Shown here in pieces: positions 47,548 through 58,950 of a stretch of 64,000 bases of DNA (within the stretch, counting starts at the first letter, position 1; every line of letters begins with the position of its first letter). This stretch comes from Actinomycetota bacterium (GTDB taxonomy: Bacteria; Actinomycetota; Aquicultoria; Subteraquimicrobiales; UBA9087), in NCBI GenBank assembly GCA_030019215.1, contig JASEEZ010000001.1, positions 84,211-148,210 on the forward strand, in the 5' to 3' direction. The notes beneath the pieces are model-generated. The model saw nothing but the letters and a program-made list of their open reading frames with translations. It was not told the origin of the DNA and made no database searches. The position numbers and the translations under genes are program-made.

Positions 47548-48747
47548 TCAACAATTTTTTAAGATTTTGGCCAACTCATCGACAATTAACCGGGCGAGCT
47601 TCGCCTTCGGCATCAAAGGCAACTCTCTCGACCTGCCCTGGGCATCTATCAAAACGGCTTCGTTTGAGTCTTCTCCAAAACCCGATCCGGGCTTTGTGAT
47701 ATCGTTGACGACGATGAGATCGAGGTTTTTCCCCTTCAACTTCCCCAGAGCATTTTCAATCAAATTTTCCGACTCCGCGGCAAATCCCACCAAGACCTGT
47801 CCCTTTTTCCTTTTACCCAGCTCCTCTAGTATATCGGGACTTCGCTCCAGCTTCAGCTCCAGCTTGGCCTCTCCCTTCTTTATCTTGCTTTGGCTATAGC
47901 TCGCCGGCCTGAAATCAGAAGCGGCGGCGGCCATGACTACCGCATCAGCTTGATCAAAGCGCTCCAACATGACATCATGCATCTCTAAAGCGGTTCCGAT
48001 GGGAATGAACTCAACCCCCCAGGGTGGACGGAGCTGTGTGGGAGCACTGATTAGGGTAACCTTAGCCCCCCTCCTCCTCGCCGAATCGGCGATGGCGTAG
48101 CCCATCTTTCCCGAGGAGCGGTTGCCCAGGAATCGAACAGGATCCAGGGGCTCCCGAGTGCCCCCGGCCGTTACAAAGATGGTCTTCCCCTTCAGATCCT
48201 CCACCTTCAAGAGCTCGGCTTCGACGATGCTAACGATTTCGCCCACCTCTGCCAATCTGCCAATTCCTTCCTCACCACAGGCGAGTTCACCCACGGTGGG
48301 CTCAATGATAACAAATCCCCCGTCTGCCAAAGTTGAAAGGTTCCTCTGAGTAATGGGGTTCAGGTACATCTTTGCATTCATGGCTGGAGCAAAGACGATG
48401 GATGCATCCGTGGACAAAAGTGTAGTGGAAAGAATGTCGTCGGCGATGCCATGGGCTACCTTAGCCAAAATATTTGCGGTTGCGGGGGCAACCAACACCA
48501 AATCCGCCTCTCGAGCTAAAGAGATATGATGAATCCTCCCTGCGGGTTCCTCATCAAAAAGAGAGGTGACCACGGGCTGTCGGGTCAAGATCCGAAAGGT
48601 TAGAGGAGTAATGAAGCGAGTTGCCGCCTCGGTCATGACAACTTTGACCACAGCCCCCGCCTCAATCAGTCGCCTGGCGATCTCAGCTGCCTTATACGCA
48701 GCGATACATCCGGTAACACCCAGAATGATGGTTTTCCCTTTAATCAT
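47548..48747 (-). CDS. coaBC: Phosphopantothenoylcysteine decarboxylase/ligase
   Basis: GVTGCIAAYK, APATAN, PAMN, TAGGTRE.LDPVRF.GNRSSGKMG, VGFAAE; probable ATG 48747. Confidence 0.96.
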   Translation of the reverse strand: MIKGKTIILGVTGCIAAYKAAEIARRLIEAGAVVKVVMTEAATRFITPLTFRILTRQPVVTSLFDEEPAGRIHHISLAREADLVLVAPATANILAKVAHGIADDILSTTLLSTDASIVFAPAMNAKMYLNPITQRNLSTLADGGFVIIEPTVGELACGEEGIGRLAEVGEIVSIVEAELLKVEDLKGKTIFVTAGGTREPLDPVRFLGNRSSGKMGYAIADSARRRGAKVTLISAPTQLRPPWGVEFIPIGTALEMHDVMLERFDQADAVVMAAAASDFRPASYSQSKIKKGEAKLELKLERSPDILEELGKRKKGQVLVGFAAESENLIENALGKLKGKNLDLIVVNDITKPGSGFGEDSNEAVLIDAQGRSRELPLMPKAKLARLIVDELAKILKNC

Positions 48748-48790
48748 GATTCCCCTTTTATGCCAGGTGTGAAAGCTAACAACCCGTGGG

Positions 48791-49033
48791 CTATTTGATT
48801 CCCTCCACCACGCGCTTGTAGGTGAGCTTGCCTTCGGCGATCTCCTCCAAGGCAATGGTGAGAGGCTTTCGGGAAATTGCCTCTACCTGAGGGGGGTTCA
48901 CAAGAGGCAACTCATGCCTGTGGATGCTACCAAAATAGTCGTTTATCTGCCTGGCCCTTTTTGCCGCAGCAATGACCAAAGTAAATTTGCTGTCCGTTTT
49001 CGTAAGTAGGTCGTCTATTTTAGGATAAAGCAC
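48791..49033 (-). CDS. rpoZ: RNA polymerase omega subunit
   Basis: IDDLL...DSKF.LV..AAKRARQINDY, KPL.IALEEI. Confidence 0.95.
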   Translation of the reverse strand: MLYPKIDDLLTKTDSKFTLVIAAAKRARQINDYFGSIHRHELPLVNPPQVEAISRKPLTIALEEIAEGKLTYKRVVEGIK

Positions 49034-49055
49034 TCGATTTCACCCATCACTTTCT

Positions 49056-49640
49056 CTACATAGTCGTTGGTTTTTTCTTGGCTCTTTCCTGCTTTACAAT
49101 ATTTACCAACCTCTCCGCTGCTCTTTCAACCTCGTCGTTTATTATAACATAGCCATATTTATCAGCGAATTTGATCTCGGCTTTAGCATTTTGAATTCGC
49201 CTCTCCACTGCCTCCTTCGTCTCCGTTCTACGTTTTTCCAGCCTCGCTTTCAATTCCTTCCAAGAAGGGGGGCTTATGAATATGAGGGCGGCTTCAGGAA
49301 CCCTCTCTTTCACCTGTAAAGCACCTTGAACGTCGATCTCCAGCACAACATCGTAGCCACCAGCCAGGAACTCTTTTACCTCATCGTAAAGGGTGCCATA
49401 CAGACAATCATGAACCTTCGCCCACTCTAAAAACTTTCCCTCCTCGACACCCTTTAAGAACTCCTCCTCGGAGAGAAAGTGGTAATCAACGCCGGGGATC
49501 TCGTCGGGACGAGGTTTTCGCGTGGTCGCCGAAACGGAAAGATGAAGATAGGGGACTCTGTTCATAAGTTTTACAACCAGTGTCCCCTTACCCGCACCTG
49601 ATGGTCCGGAGACAACAAAAATCCTGCCTTTAAACTGCAT
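49056..49640 (-). CDS. gmk: Guanylate kinase
   Basis: SGPSGAGKGT, SATTRKPR, YGT, LEIDVQG. Confidence 0.97.
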   Translation of the reverse strand: MQFKGRIFVVSGPSGAGKGTLVVKLMNRVPYLHLSVSATTRKPRPDEIPGVDYHFLSEEEFLKGVEEGKFLEWAKVHDCLYGTLYDEVKEFLAGGYDVVLEIDVQGALQVKERVPEAALIFISPPSWKELKARLEKRRTETKEAVERRIQNAKAEIKFADKYGYVIINDEVERAAERLVNIVKQERAKKKPTTM

Positions 49641-49652
49641 AAAAAACTTCCG

Positions 49653-49961
49653 CTACGAAAGCTCCTTCAGGAGAAGCTCACGCTGCCTGGAACCCAAGCC
49701 TTGTACTCGACGTGATGAATCGATACTCAGCTTCTCCATCAATCTTCTAGAGCGAGCCTTGCCGATACCCGGAAGGGACTCCAAAAGAGCGCTGACCTTC
49801 ATTTTTCCAACAATGGGATCAGAAGGCCTACTTAATACAGAAGACAGACTGGTTTGTCCTTTCTTGACGCTAGCCTTGAGTGCTGCTCTCTGTCGCCGCA
49901 CCTCCAAGGCCTTCCTCAAAGCAGCTTTCCTTTCAGCATCCGTAAGTCTTGGTAAAGCCAT
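49653..49961 (-). CDS. mihF: Actinobacterial integration host factor
   Basis: MALP.LT..ER.AAL.KA...R..RA, KMKVSALLESLPG.GK, SRRVQGLG..QR; between pyr genes and gmk. Confidence 0.95.
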   Translation of the reverse strand: MALPRLTDAERKAALRKALEVRRQRAALKASVKKGQTSLSSVLSRPSDPIVGKMKVSALLESLPGIGKARSRRLMEKLSIDSSRRVQGLGSRQRELLLKELS

Positions 49962-49999
49962 TCCAACTCCTCCTTTACTTTAATTTAAAGCTCACAGAC

Positions 50000-50028
50000 A
50001 TTATACATAGACAACAACGCGTTGACAA
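50000..50028 (-). promoter_or_regulatory. sigma70-type promoter of mihF
   Basis: TTGTCA-N17-TATAAT. Confidence 0.7.
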
Positions 50029-50072
50029 CCAAAAATAATTAACGCTGCAACTACAAACTCTTTCAACCCGAT

Positions 50073-50657
50073 TTAGTGTAACACCTCAAGCCTTCTGCTT
50101 CCCGGGATTTGTAGTGGGACTCCTTCTTTGCATAATGGGCACTCTCTGGGAGTGTACGATTCTGCTTTTACTTCTGCGAGAAAATAGAATGGTCCTCGGA
50201 AGACCCTTTTTTCACCCCTGCTCACCAGGCTACTTACTCCTATTACATCACCTCCCGCCTCCCTAACCAGATCGATGACCTGCCTTACCGACGCACCCGT
50301 GGTCACAACGTCCTCGGCCACCACAACTTTTTCTCCTTGGTTTATTCTAAATTCTCGCCTCAAGGCCATTTTTCCTGCTTCTCTTTCGGTAAAAATTATT
50401 CGACAACAAAAAATTTGGGCCAGGGCATATCCCAAGATGATTCCCCCCACCGCCGGGGCAACTACGAGATCCACCCGCTTATCCTGATAATGTTCGGCCA
50501 AGTTTAAGGCAAACATGTTGGTCAAGTCCGGATACTGAAAAATCACAGCACACTGAAGATAGGTGTCAGTGTGCCTTCCCGAAGAGAGCTCAAAATGTCC
50601 CTTTCTAATCGCTTTGTGCTCTCTTAAGATCGCAATTACTTCTTCCTCGTTTATCAT
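50073..50657 (-). CDS. pyrE: Orotate phosphoribosyltransferase
   Basis: GHF.LSSGRH..YLQC, AEDVVTTG.S. Confidence 0.94.
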   Translation of the reverse strand: MINEEEVIAILREHKAIRKGHFELSSGRHTDTYLQCAVIFQYPDLTNMFALNLAEHYQDKRVDLVVAPAVGGIILGYALAQIFCCRIIFTEREAGKMALRREFRINQGEKVVVAEDVVTTGASVRQVIDLVREAGGDVIGVSSLVSRGEKRVFRGPFYFLAEVKAESYTPRECPLCKEGVPLQIPGSRRLEVLH

Positions 50658-51394
50658 GAAATTGCCCCCTTTATTTCCTCCAGGATCTTAGAGACCGCCT
50701 CGACGGGATCGGCGGATTCGATGACCGGTCTCCCCACCACAACATAGGATGCACCCAATCGCACAGCCTGGGCGGGGGTGAGAACTCTTCGTTGGTCACA
50801 AGAGACAAACCACTCTGGACGCACACCCGGGGTGACCACAAGAAACTCTCCGCCCTCCCCACCAGTGGAAGGACCAAGGGCCTTCCTGATCGCCGATATC
50901 TCTTGAGGAGAAGCTATCACACCGTCCAGTCCAGCATCTTTGGCCAGGGTAGCCAGGTAAACAACTTGATCGGTTATTCCCCTCTCGACACCCCACTCCC
51001 GAAGTGCCGACTGATCTAGGCTCGTGAGGACCGTCACACCCAACATGAGCGGCGGAGGAACCTTTCTCTTTAAAGCTTCCGTTCTGGTGGCTTCCGCCGC
51101 CTTCTTCATCATCTCAAGGCCACCCATCGTGTGAAGGGTAAACATCTTCACACCCATTCCCACGATCTGCCAGCAGGCGCCAACCACCTGATTTGGGATA
51201 TCGCAGAGCTTGAGATCCAAAAAAACCTCCCCGCCGAGGGATTTGACAACTTGAATTATCTCCTGTCCACCCGAGAGGAACAACCGCAAACCAATCTTGA
51301 AGATTTTGACCTTGTCCTTGAGCCGATGGCAAAGCCGAATCGCCTCCTCGCTCTCGGAAACATCAAGCGCCACTATCAGCCGGTTCTCTGACAT
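50654..51394 (-). CDS. pyrF: Orotidine-5'-phosphate decarboxylase
   Basis: LIVALD, FLDLKL.DIPN, VTVLTS, VTPGVRP, DQRR, VVGRP. Confidence 0.96.
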   Translation of the reverse strand: MSENRLIVALDVSESEEAIRLCHRLKDKVKIFKIGLRLFLSGGQEIIQVVKSLGGEVFLDLKLCDIPNQVVGACWQIVGMGVKMFTLHTMGGLEMMKKAAEATRTEALKRKVPPPLMLGVTVLTSLDQSALREWGVERGITDQVVYLATLAKDAGLDGVIASPQEISAIRKALGPSTGGEGGEFLVVTPGVRPEWFVSCDQRRVLTPAQAVRLGASYVVVGRPVIESADPVEAVSKILEEIKGAIS

Positions 51395-52303
51395 CTACGC
51401 TTGCACCCTTCCTACAATCTCCCCGATACTTCTATACCCTTTTCCCCGTAAAAATCCTTCTAATCCCTCGATGATTTCCAGTGCGGCGGAGGGATTCATG
51501 AAGTTGGCCGTTCCCACAGCGATTGCCGTTGCCCCGGCGAGGAGGAATTCAACAGCGTCCCGCGCCTCAACGATTCCCCCCATCCCGATTATTGGAACCT
51601 CCACCGCCTGTGCCACCTGCCACACCATCCTTACTGCAATGGGTCGGATGGCCGGACCGGAGAGACCACCCGTGACGGTGGCGAGCCCTGGCTTGAAGCC
51701 GTCTGTATCGATGGTCATTCCCACTACGGTATTGATCAGGGAAAGAACATCAGCTCCAGCATCGACAGCACTGCGGGCCATCTCGGTGATATCGGTGACA
51801 TTTGGGCTCAACTTGACGATCAGTGGTACGCCAATAGCCTTTTTGACAGCCGAAACCACCTCCGCCACCGCCACCGCATCCGTTCCAAAAATCATCCCGC
51901 CCCGCTTCACATTGGGACAGGAGACGTTTAACTCCACGCCATCGACTTTGGCTTCACTAAGTCTTCTCGATACCGCCACATATTCCTCTATGTCGTCTCC
52001 GGCAACGTTTACGATCACGGGGATATCAAACCCCCTGAGAAAAGGGAGATCTTCCCGCAAAAAGCAATCGACTCCCTTGTTCTGCAAGCCGATCGAGTTC
52101 AGAATGCCGGATGGCGTCTCACAAATCCTCGGTGGAGAATTTCCCTCCCTCCTCTTCAGTGTGACCGCTTTTGTCACCACCGCGCCCAGCTTGCTAAGAT
52201 CGGTAATTTCGGAATACTCCCTGCCACACGCAAAGGTGCCCGAGGCCACCATCACGGGATTCTTCATCCTTATTCCGGCCAAATCAACGCTTAAATCAAT
52301 CAT
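51395..52303 (-). CDS. pyrD: Dihydroorotate dehydrogenase, catalytic subunit (family 1B)
   Basis: KNPVMVASGT, NSIGLQN, ELNVSCPNV, VKLSPN, GGLSGPAI; probable ATG 52303. Confidence 0.96.
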   Translation of the reverse strand: MIDLSVDLAGIRMKNPVMVASGTFACGREYSEITDLSKLGAVVTKAVTLKRREGNSPPRICETPSGILNSIGLQNKGVDCFLREDLPFLRGFDIPVIVNVAGDDIEEYVAVSRRLSEAKVDGVELNVSCPNVKRGGMIFGTDAVAVAEVVSAVKKAIGVPLIVKLSPNVTDITEMARSAVDAGADVLSLINTVVGMTIDTDGFKPGLATVTGGLSGPAIRPIAVRMVWQVAQAVEVPIIGMGGIVEARDAVEFLLAGATAIAVGTANFMNPSAALEIIEGLEGFLRGKGYRSIGEIVGRVQA

Positions 52304-52467
52304 CCTTCTTGCTCCCCGCTCTCTTCCTCGATGAGCCTCTTGGCCTCCTCTTTTAACTTGCTCCTCTTGTATTCGAGTTCGCCATGGATTCTGGTGCGAG
52401 GACTGATGAGCCACATCTTTCGGCGCTTCTTCGGTTTTATCCTGATCTTGTGCCGCTCCCGTCTCAC
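52300..52467 (-). CDS. Unannotated 55-aa basic protein between pyrK and pyrD
   Basis: GTG 5 nt after the pyrK stop; TGA overlaps the pyrD ATG; MRRERHKIRIKPKKRRKMWLISPRTRIHGELEYKRSKLKEEAKRLIEEESGEQEG. Confidence 0.65.
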   Translation of the reverse strand: MRRERHKIRIKPKKRRKMWLISPRTRIHGELEYKRSKLKEEAKRLIEEESGEQEG

Positions 52468-52472
52468 GTCAT

Positions 52473-53234
52473 CTACCAGATTATCTCCGAAGCATCAAAG
52501 ACCGGTCCATCCACGCAGACCCGCCTGTAGCCTTCCCTGGTTCTGCAGACACAGGAAAGACAGGCCCCGATACCACAAGCCATCTTTCTCTCCAGCGAAA
52601 CCTGGCAGGGAACCGTCCCAGCGGTCGATTCCGCCACCTTCCTCAGCATCTCCTCCGGACCACAGGCGAAGATCCGATCGGGATTATACTCCTGAAAAGC
52701 CTCGCCAAAGAACTCCGTCAACAATCCCTCGTAACCAAAGCTGCCATCCTCCGTCACTGAAAACACCTTCTGTACAACTGTACTCAAATCTTCGAGACAG
52801 ACGAGCCCCTCTCTCGTCGCCGCCCCGTAAAGAAAATGAGTCTCTTTCCCATCTTCTCTCAACCTCTCGGCGAGGAAAACGAGTGGAGCAACGCCGATGC
52901 CACCCGCCACGAGAAGGGACTTTTCGAAGTTGCCCGTAAACTCAAAACCCCGGCCTATGGGGCCCATTATGTCCAGAGCATCCCCCGATTCAAGTTGGGA
53001 CAAATAAGTGGTGCCTTTGCCCACCACCTGAATGAGAAGATCGAAGGAGCCATTTTGAACCCGATGGACGCTAAAGGGCCGACGCAGAATGTAATCCCTG
53101 TTCTCACCGCAGAGAACGTGCACAAACTGACCGGGCTCCGCTTCCAAAGCGATCTCGGACGAAGAGAGTCTTAATCGGTGAACGCCGTGAACAACCTTGG
53201 CATTTGACTCGACTCTCGCTTTAACCCTGTGCAT
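52473..53234 (-). CDS. pyrK: Dihydroorotate dehydrogenase electron transfer subunit
   Basis: PGQFV, LRRPFS, GGIGVAP, ACGP, MACGIGAC..C....VC.DGPVF. Confidence 0.96.
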   Translation of the reverse strand: MHRVKARVESNAKVVHGVHRLRLSSSEIALEAEPGQFVHVLCGENRDYILRRPFSVHRVQNGSFDLLIQVVGKGTTYLSQLESGDALDIMGPIGRGFEFTGNFEKSLLVAGGIGVAPLVFLAERLREDGKETHFLYGAATREGLVCLEDLSTVVQKVFSVTEDGSFGYEGLLTEFFGEAFQEYNPDRIFACGPEEMLRKVAESTAGTVPCQVSLERKMACGIGACLSCVCRTREGYRRVCVDGPVFDASEIIW

Positions 53235-53249
53235 CTCCCTCCTGGTTCC

Positions 53250-56200
53250 TCAACGCTTTCTTTTCTTCCTACGATGGTAGTCCTGAAGTGCATGAACCGA
53301 TAATTCCTTTGACTTCATGGCCTCAATCGCTTTTGCGGCAGCTGTGGCACCGGCGATCGTTGTAATCGAGGGAACGCCGCAAACCGAGGCCGCTGTACGG
53401 ATATAGTACCCATCGGTACGCGGGCCCCTGCCCCACGGTGTATTTACGACCAACTTTATCTCCCCATTTTTTATCAAATCAACGGCGTTAGGTCGCCCCT
53501 CGCGAACCTTCAAGATCTCCCTTACCTTTACACCGTTGGCGGCCAGCACCCCACCTGTCCCCCTGGTCGCAACCAATTCAAAACCCATCTCTACAAATTT
53601 TTTGGCTATGGGAACGATGGTCGGTTTATCACGGTTGCAGACGCTGATAAAGACCTTGCCCTCGGTCGGCAATTCTTGCCCGGCTGCCATCTGAGACTTG
53701 GCAAAGGAGAAATCGAAGGTCTTATCGATTCCCATTACTTCACCTGTGGATTTCATCTCTGGTCCCAGCACCGTATCCACCTCCGGGAATCGCCTGAAAG
53801 GAAGGACGGCTTCTTTCACAGCTATATGTTTTAGGATTGGAAGCTCCCCATCCCACTTATAGCCCAAATCCTCAAGCGTCTTGCCCATCATTAACCGCGT
53901 TGCTAGTTTCGCCAGTGGAACACCCACGGTCTTGCTTACAAAGGGCACCGTCCGAGACGCTCTGGGATTGACCTCCAGAACATAGACCACCCCATCCTTC
54001 ACAGCATATTGAATGTTTATGAGGCCAACCACGCTGAGCGTCTTGGCCAGTCTAACCGTGTACTCTTTTATCGTTTCAAGTTGCTCTTTTGCTAAGGAGA
54101 ATGGCGGCATAGCACAGGCACTGTCCCCGGAATGAACACCCGCTTCTTCGATATGCTCCATTATCCCTCCAATGAGCACATTCTTGCCATCACACAAGGC
54201 ATCTACATCTACCTCTGTTGCCCCTTCTAAAAACTTATCTATCAAGATCGGTCGATCGAAAGAAGCTTTTACCGCCGAGGCTATGTACGTCTCCAGCATC
54301 TCCTCCGAATAGACGATTTCCATTGCCCGTCCCCCCAGAACATAGGAGGGTCTCACTAGCAAGGGATAGCCTATCCTTCTGGCAACGGCCAGCGCCTCTT
54401 TGTAAGAAGTGGCGGTTCCATGGGACGGGGTGGGAATCTTCAGTTTCTTGAGAAGCTGGCTAAACCTCTTTCTGTCCTCGGCCAGATCGATGCTGTCTGG
54501 GGATGTCCCCAATATTTTTACGCCCGCTTCCTCAAGAGGAACGGCGAGCTTTAGGGGGGTCTGCCCGCCCAGCTGGATAATCACTCCTTCCGGTTCCTCT
54601 GCTTCAATCACGCTCATGACGTCCTCAAAAGTTAGGGGTTCAAAATAGAGTTTGTCCGCCGTATCATAGTCGGTGCTAACCGTCTCAGGATTGCAGTTGA
54701 TCATTATCGTCTCATAGCCATCTTCCTTCAAGGCGAAAACCGCGTGGACGCAGCAATAATCAAACTCAATTCCCTGGCCAATCCGATTGGGACCGCCCCC
54801 CAAAATCACCACCCGTTTTTTGGTCGACGGTTTCACCTCGGTTTCATTTTCATAGGTCGAATAGCGATACGCTGTGTAGACCTCCATTTCGCCACCGCAG
54901 GTATCCACAGCTTTGTAAGCGGGCTCAATCTTCTCCTTCTTCCTTTTCTCCCTAACCGCCTTCTCGCTAGATTTAGTAAGGTAAGCTATCTGGACATCAG
55001 AGAAACCAAATCTCTTCGCCTCCCGGAGCAAGTCCAAGGGCAAGTTGGAAAGGCGATGTCCTGTTATCTTTCCTTCCATCAAAACTATTTCGCGGATCTG
55101 ATTCAAAAACCACCAGTCTATCTTCGTGAGATCGTAGACCTCATCCACGGACATCCCCTTAAGAAATGCATATCTTATGTAAAACACCCGGTCGACATTG
55201 GGGATAGCCAGTTTTTTGTAAAGCTCCTCATCGGTCAATTCATCCCTACCATCTGCCCCTACCCCATACCTGTCTATCTCCAGAGACCTGATGGATTTCT
55301 GCAAAGCCTCCTTAAAGGTTCGCCCGAGGGACATCACCTCCCCCACCGACTTCATCCTTGTGGTGAGAGTAGCATTAGCCTCGGGAAACTTCTCAAAAGC
55401 CCAACGCGGCGTCTTGACCACGACGTAGTCAATAGCGGGCTCAAAGGCTGACGTTTTCCTGGTCATGTCGTTCATTACCTCATCAAGGGTATAGCCAACG
55501 GCTAGCTTCGTTGCCATTTTGGCTATCGGGTAACCCGTTGCCTTTGAGGCGAGAGCTGAGCTTCGGGAAACCCGAGGGTTCATCTCGATCACCACCATGC
55601 GTCCCGTCTCTGGGTGCACCGCAAACTGTATGTTGGACCCGCCAACGACATCGATTTCCCTCATGATATCGATGGAGGCATCCCGGGTGATTTCCCATTC
55701 CTTTGCCGTTATTGTCTGCGCTGGAGCCACCGCGATGCTGTCACCAGTGTGAACACCCATGGGGTCGAAATTCTCAATGGAGCAGACGGTGATGATATTG
55801 TCCCTGCAATCCCGCATCATTTCGGTTTCAATCTCTTTCCAACCAATGACCGATTCCTCGACGAGAACCTCAGAGATCGGGCTGAGTGCCAGACCATAGG
55901 CGACCATATCAATGAATTCCTCTTTGTAATAGGCGATACCGCTTCCCGTCCCTCCGAGCGTGAAACTGGGGCGAATCACAAGAGGGAAACCAAGCTCCTC
56001 AATCTGAGCAAGCGCCTCGTCCAAGCTGTAAGCAAAGCTACTGCGTGGTAAGTCCAGCCCAATTTTTTCCATGGCTTTCTTAAACAAGCTTCTGTCCTCG
56101 GCTTTTTTGATGGTCTCAAAGCTCACCCCGATCAACTCGACTTTGTATTTATCCAAGACGCCAGCTTCTGCCAGGGCAGCGGCAGTATTCAGGCCAGTTT

Positions 56201-56477
56201 GACCCCCCAGGTGAGGAAGGAGTGCATCCGGTCTTTCTTTTTTGATAACCTCCTCTAAGATCAGGGGCGTGATGGGCTCAACGTAAGTTCTGTCGGCAAA
56301 CTCCGGATCGGTCATTATCGTCGCGGGATTGCTGTTAACAAGCACTATTTCATAACCATCCTCCTTCAAAGCCTTGCACGCCTGTGTGCCGGAGTAATCA
56401 AACTCGCAAGCTTGACCAATGATGATCGGCCCAGAGCCAACTATCAAAATCTTTTTCAGGTCGGTTCTCTTTGGCAT
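53250..56477 (-). CDS. carB: Carbamoyl-phosphate synthase large subunit
   Basis: [40 protein letters not shown] domain. Confidence 0.98.
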   Translation of the reverse strand: MPKRTDLKKILIVGSGPIIIGQACEFDYSGTQACKALKEDGYEIVLVNSNPATIMTDPEFADRTYVEPITPLILEEVIKKERPDALLPHLGGQTGLNTAAALAEAGVLDKYKVELIGVSFETIKKAEDRSLFKKAMEKIGLDLPRSSFAYSLDEALAQIEELGFPLVIRPSFTLGGTGSGIAYYKEEFIDMVAYGLALSPISEVLVEESVIGWKEIETEMMRDCRDNIITVCSIENFDPMGVHTGDSIAVAPAQTITAKEWEITRDASIDIMREIDVVGGSNIQFAVHPETGRMVVIEMNPRVSRSSALASKATGYPIAKMATKLAVGYTLDEVMNDMTRKTSAFEPAIDYVVVKTPRWAFEKFPEANATLTTRMKSVGEVMSLGRTFKEALQKSIRSLEIDRYGVGADGRDELTDEELYKKLAIPNVDRVFYIRYAFLKGMSVDEVYDLTKIDWWFLNQIREIVLMEGKITGHRLSNLPLDLLREAKRFGFSDVQIAYLTKSSEKAVREKRKKEKIEPAYKAVDTCGGEMEVYTAYRYSTYENETEVKPSTKKRVVILGGGPNRIGQGIEFDYCCVHAVFALKEDGYETIMINCNPETVSTDYDTADKLYFEPLTFEDVMSVIEAEEPEGVIIQLGGQTPLKLAVPLEEAGVKILGTSPDSIDLAEDRKRFSQLLKKLKIPTPSHGTATSYKEALAVARRIGYPLLVRPSYVLGGRAMEIVYSEEMLETYIASAVKASFDRPILIDKFLEGATEVDVDALCDGKNVLIGGIMEHIEEAGVHSGDSACAMPPFSLAKEQLETIKEYTVRLAKTLSVVGLINIQYAVKDGVVYVLEVNPRASRTVPFVSKTVGVPLAKLATRLMMGKTLEDLGYKWDGELPILKHIAVKEAVLPFRRFPEVDTVLGPEMKSTGEVMGIDKTFDFSFAKSQMAAGQELPTEGKVFISVCNRDKPTIVPIAKKFVEMGFELVATRGTGGVLAANGVKVREILKVREGRPNAVDLIKNGEIKLVVNTPWGRGPRTDGYYIRTAASVCGVPSITTIAGATAAAKAIEAMKSKELSVHALQDYHRRKKRKR

Positions 56478-56518
56478 ATATCCCCTCTTCCTCCTAAAAC
56501 TATTTTCGTATGCGAAAT

Positions 56519-57649
56519 CTAAGCATGCTTTTCCATAAGCTCAACGAATCCATCAAACGCAGTTTTTCCTCCCGGAACGCTCGGTCTCACCTTGGGGTAA
56601 AACTGCACCGAAAGAGCTGGCGTGTCCAAAAATCTCAAACCCTCGATCGTCCCATCGTGCAAATTCAGATGTGTGACTTCAACGCGCCCAGATTTAGATT
56701 CGATCGTCTCTGCAGTTTTACTCTTCACCTTCGGCGATGATTCGGCCTCCACTACAAACCCGTGGCTCTGCGTCGTTATCTCAATCTGATCCGTTTCGAG
56801 ATTTCTCACCGGACAGGAGCCGAAGTGCCCAACACGCATCTTCCCTGTCTTGAGATCAGCTGCCAAAGCGAGCAAAAGATGGCCCAGGCCAATTCCAAAG
56901 ACGGGCCTGTTGCCCAGCAAATTCTCAACTGTCTCGACTGCGTAGTTTAATGAAGTCGGATCGCCCGGCCCGCTAGAGAGAACAATTCCATCCGGCCTAA
57001 GTGAAAGTATCTCCTTCGCTGAAGTGCTCGCCGGCATCACCATAACTTTGCAACCAATTGATTCCAGACACCTCAGAATGCCCCGCGTGATGCCAAAGTC
57101 CAGGGCAACAACGTTAAAGCGCATCACCTTCTTCGTCTCCCACCAGATATAAGGTTTTTCCACCGTCACATCTTTGACCAGGTCTCTTCCCACAAGTCCA
57201 GCTGATTTTTTAGTCTTCTTCATCAGATTTTTGTGGTTGAGGTCCGTTGAGGATAAGACCGCTTTCATTGATCCCTTGTCTCGAATGTGTCTTGTCAAAG
57301 CGCGCGTGTCGATATCCTCTACACCCACTATGCCAAAATTTATCAAGAATTCCTCAAGTGATCCTTCAGCACGCCAATTACTGTACAACCGGGAATACTC
57401 TCGAACCACTAGTCCCTCCAAGAATGCCCCCCTCGATTCATAATCCTCGGAGTTTACCCCACAGTTTCCGATGTGAGGATAGGACATTGCCAATATGAGC
57501 CCCGCGTAAGACGGATTGGTTAAAATCTCCTGATAGCCAAGCATGCTCGTGTTAAAAACCACCTCACCGGCAGCCTCACCCAAAGCGCCAAAGGCAGTGC
57601 CTTCAAATATGGCTCCATCCTCTAAAACCAGGACCGCTTTCTTCTTCAT
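56519..57649 (-). CDS. carA: Carbamoyl-phosphate synthase small subunit with degenerate glutaminase site
   Basis: [28 protein letters not shown]; but GIGLGHL and QFYPK replace GICLGHQ and QxHPE. Confidence 0.93.
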   Translation of the reverse strand: MKKKAVLVLEDGAIFEGTAFGALGEAAGEVVFNTSMLGYQEILTNPSYAGLILAMSYPHIGNCGVNSEDYESRGAFLEGLVVREYSRLYSNWRAEGSLEEFLINFGIVGVEDIDTRALTRHIRDKGSMKAVLSSTDLNHKNLMKKTKKSAGLVGRDLVKDVTVEKPYIWWETKKVMRFNVVALDFGITRGILRCLESIGCKVMVMPASTSAKEILSLRPDGIVLSSGPGDPTSLNYAVETVENLLGNRPVFGIGLGHLLLALAADLKTGKMRVGHFGSCPVRNLETDQIEITTQSHGFVVEAESSPKVKSKTAETIESKSGRVEVTHLNLHDGTIEGLRFLDTPALSVQFYPKVRPSVPGGKTAFDGFVELMEKHA

Positions 57650-58950
57650 GCAACCCTCCCATCCCTCAAAACCAACTTCCCATCGACTAAAACGTATTTT
57701 GCCATCCCGATCAACTCCCAGCCGCTAAGGGGAGAGTTCCTGCTCTTGGACTCGAACGAGCTTACATCAACCTTAACTTTAACTTTAGGGTCAAATACCG
57801 TAACATTTGCTGGGCTTCCGACAGATAAGGATCCTGCCTCGAGGCCCAAAATCCTTGCGGGGTTGCAACTCAACTTCTCAATGAGCTGGGTATAGCTCAA
57901 CTCGCCGCTCTCTACCAGCTCCGTTAGCATCAGAGGCAGGGTGGTCTCCAATCCAACGATGCCGAATGGTGCATAGTCAAACTCTCGCTCCTTCTCATGA
58001 AGGGCATGGGGAGCATGATCACTGGCGATGGCGTCTATCGTCCCCTCCTTTAGGCCTTCCCTTAGGGCCAGAACATCGACTTCCGTTCTGAGCGGTGGAT
58101 TCACCTTGTAATTGGTATCGTAGGATTCCAGAAGAGCCTCGGTGAGCACCAGGTGATGAGGGGTTGCCTCACAAGTCACCCTCACCCCCCTTTCCTTGGC
58201 CTGCCTGATTAACCTCACCGAACCCGCTGTGCTCACGTGAGTGATGTGAACTCTCGCCTCGATCATCTCGGCTAAGATCATGTCTCTAGCGATCATGATC
58301 TCTTCTGCGGCCACCGGGACACCTTTCAATCCCAGCAAGGTGGAGTAAAAACCTTCATTCATCTGTCCCCGCCCCGAGAGATTCATATCCTCTGCGTGAA
58401 CGATGATCAAGGCATCGAGCATCACAGAATATTCCAAAGCCCTCCTCATTACCTCAGCGTTCATCACCGAATTTCCGTCGTCCGAGAAGGCGACCGCACC
58501 AACTCTTATCAGCTCTCCCATCTCCGAGAGCTCTTCCCCCTTCAATCCCTTTGTGATGGCACCGACAGGGAGAACGTGGGCAACCCCCTCATTCTGTGCC
58601 CTTTCAAGGATGAGCTCAATCACCGAAGCGTTATCGACAACGGGATCGGTGTTGGGCATGCAAGCCACCGCGGTAAAGCCACCCTTCACCGCCGCCCTGG
58701 TACCGCTGGCGATGGTCTCCTCATCCTCCCTCCCGGGTTCCCTCAGATGCACGTGCATATCGATCAGACCCGGACAGACGATTAAGCCGGAGGCGTCGAT
58801 CACGTCCGCAGACTTCACCGAGATATCCTTTTTTACCATCTTGACCTTTCCGTCCTCGACCAGGACATCCAGAACAGCATCGGTCTTGTTCGCTGGATTA
58901 ATGACCCGCCCGCCTCTGATCAAAACATCAGGCACCCTCCCCACCCCCAA
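57646..58950 (-). CDS. pyrC: Dihydroorotase
   Basis: DMHVHLREPG, MPNT.P, HVST, KVNPPLR, ASDHAPH. Confidence 0.96.
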   Translation of the reverse strand: MGVGRVPDVLIRGGRVINPANKTDAVLDVLVEDGKVKMVKKDISVKSADVIDASGLIVCPGLIDMHVHLREPGREDEETIASGTRAAVKGGFTAVACMPNTDPVVDNASVIELILERAQNEGVAHVLPVGAITKGLKGEELSEMGELIRVGAVAFSDDGNSVMNAEVMRRALEYSVMLDALIIVHAEDMNLSGRGQMNEGFYSTLLGLKGVPVAAEEIMIARDMILAEMIEARVHITHVSTAGSVRLIRQAKERGVRVTCEATPHHLVLTEALLESYDTNYKVNPPLRTEVDVLALREGLKEGTIDAIASDHAPHALHEKEREFDYAPFGIVGLETTLPLMLTELVESGELSYTQLIEKLSCNPARILGLEAGSLSVGSPANVTVFDPKVKVKVDVSSFESKSRNSPLSGWELIGMAKYVLVDGKLVLRDGRVA

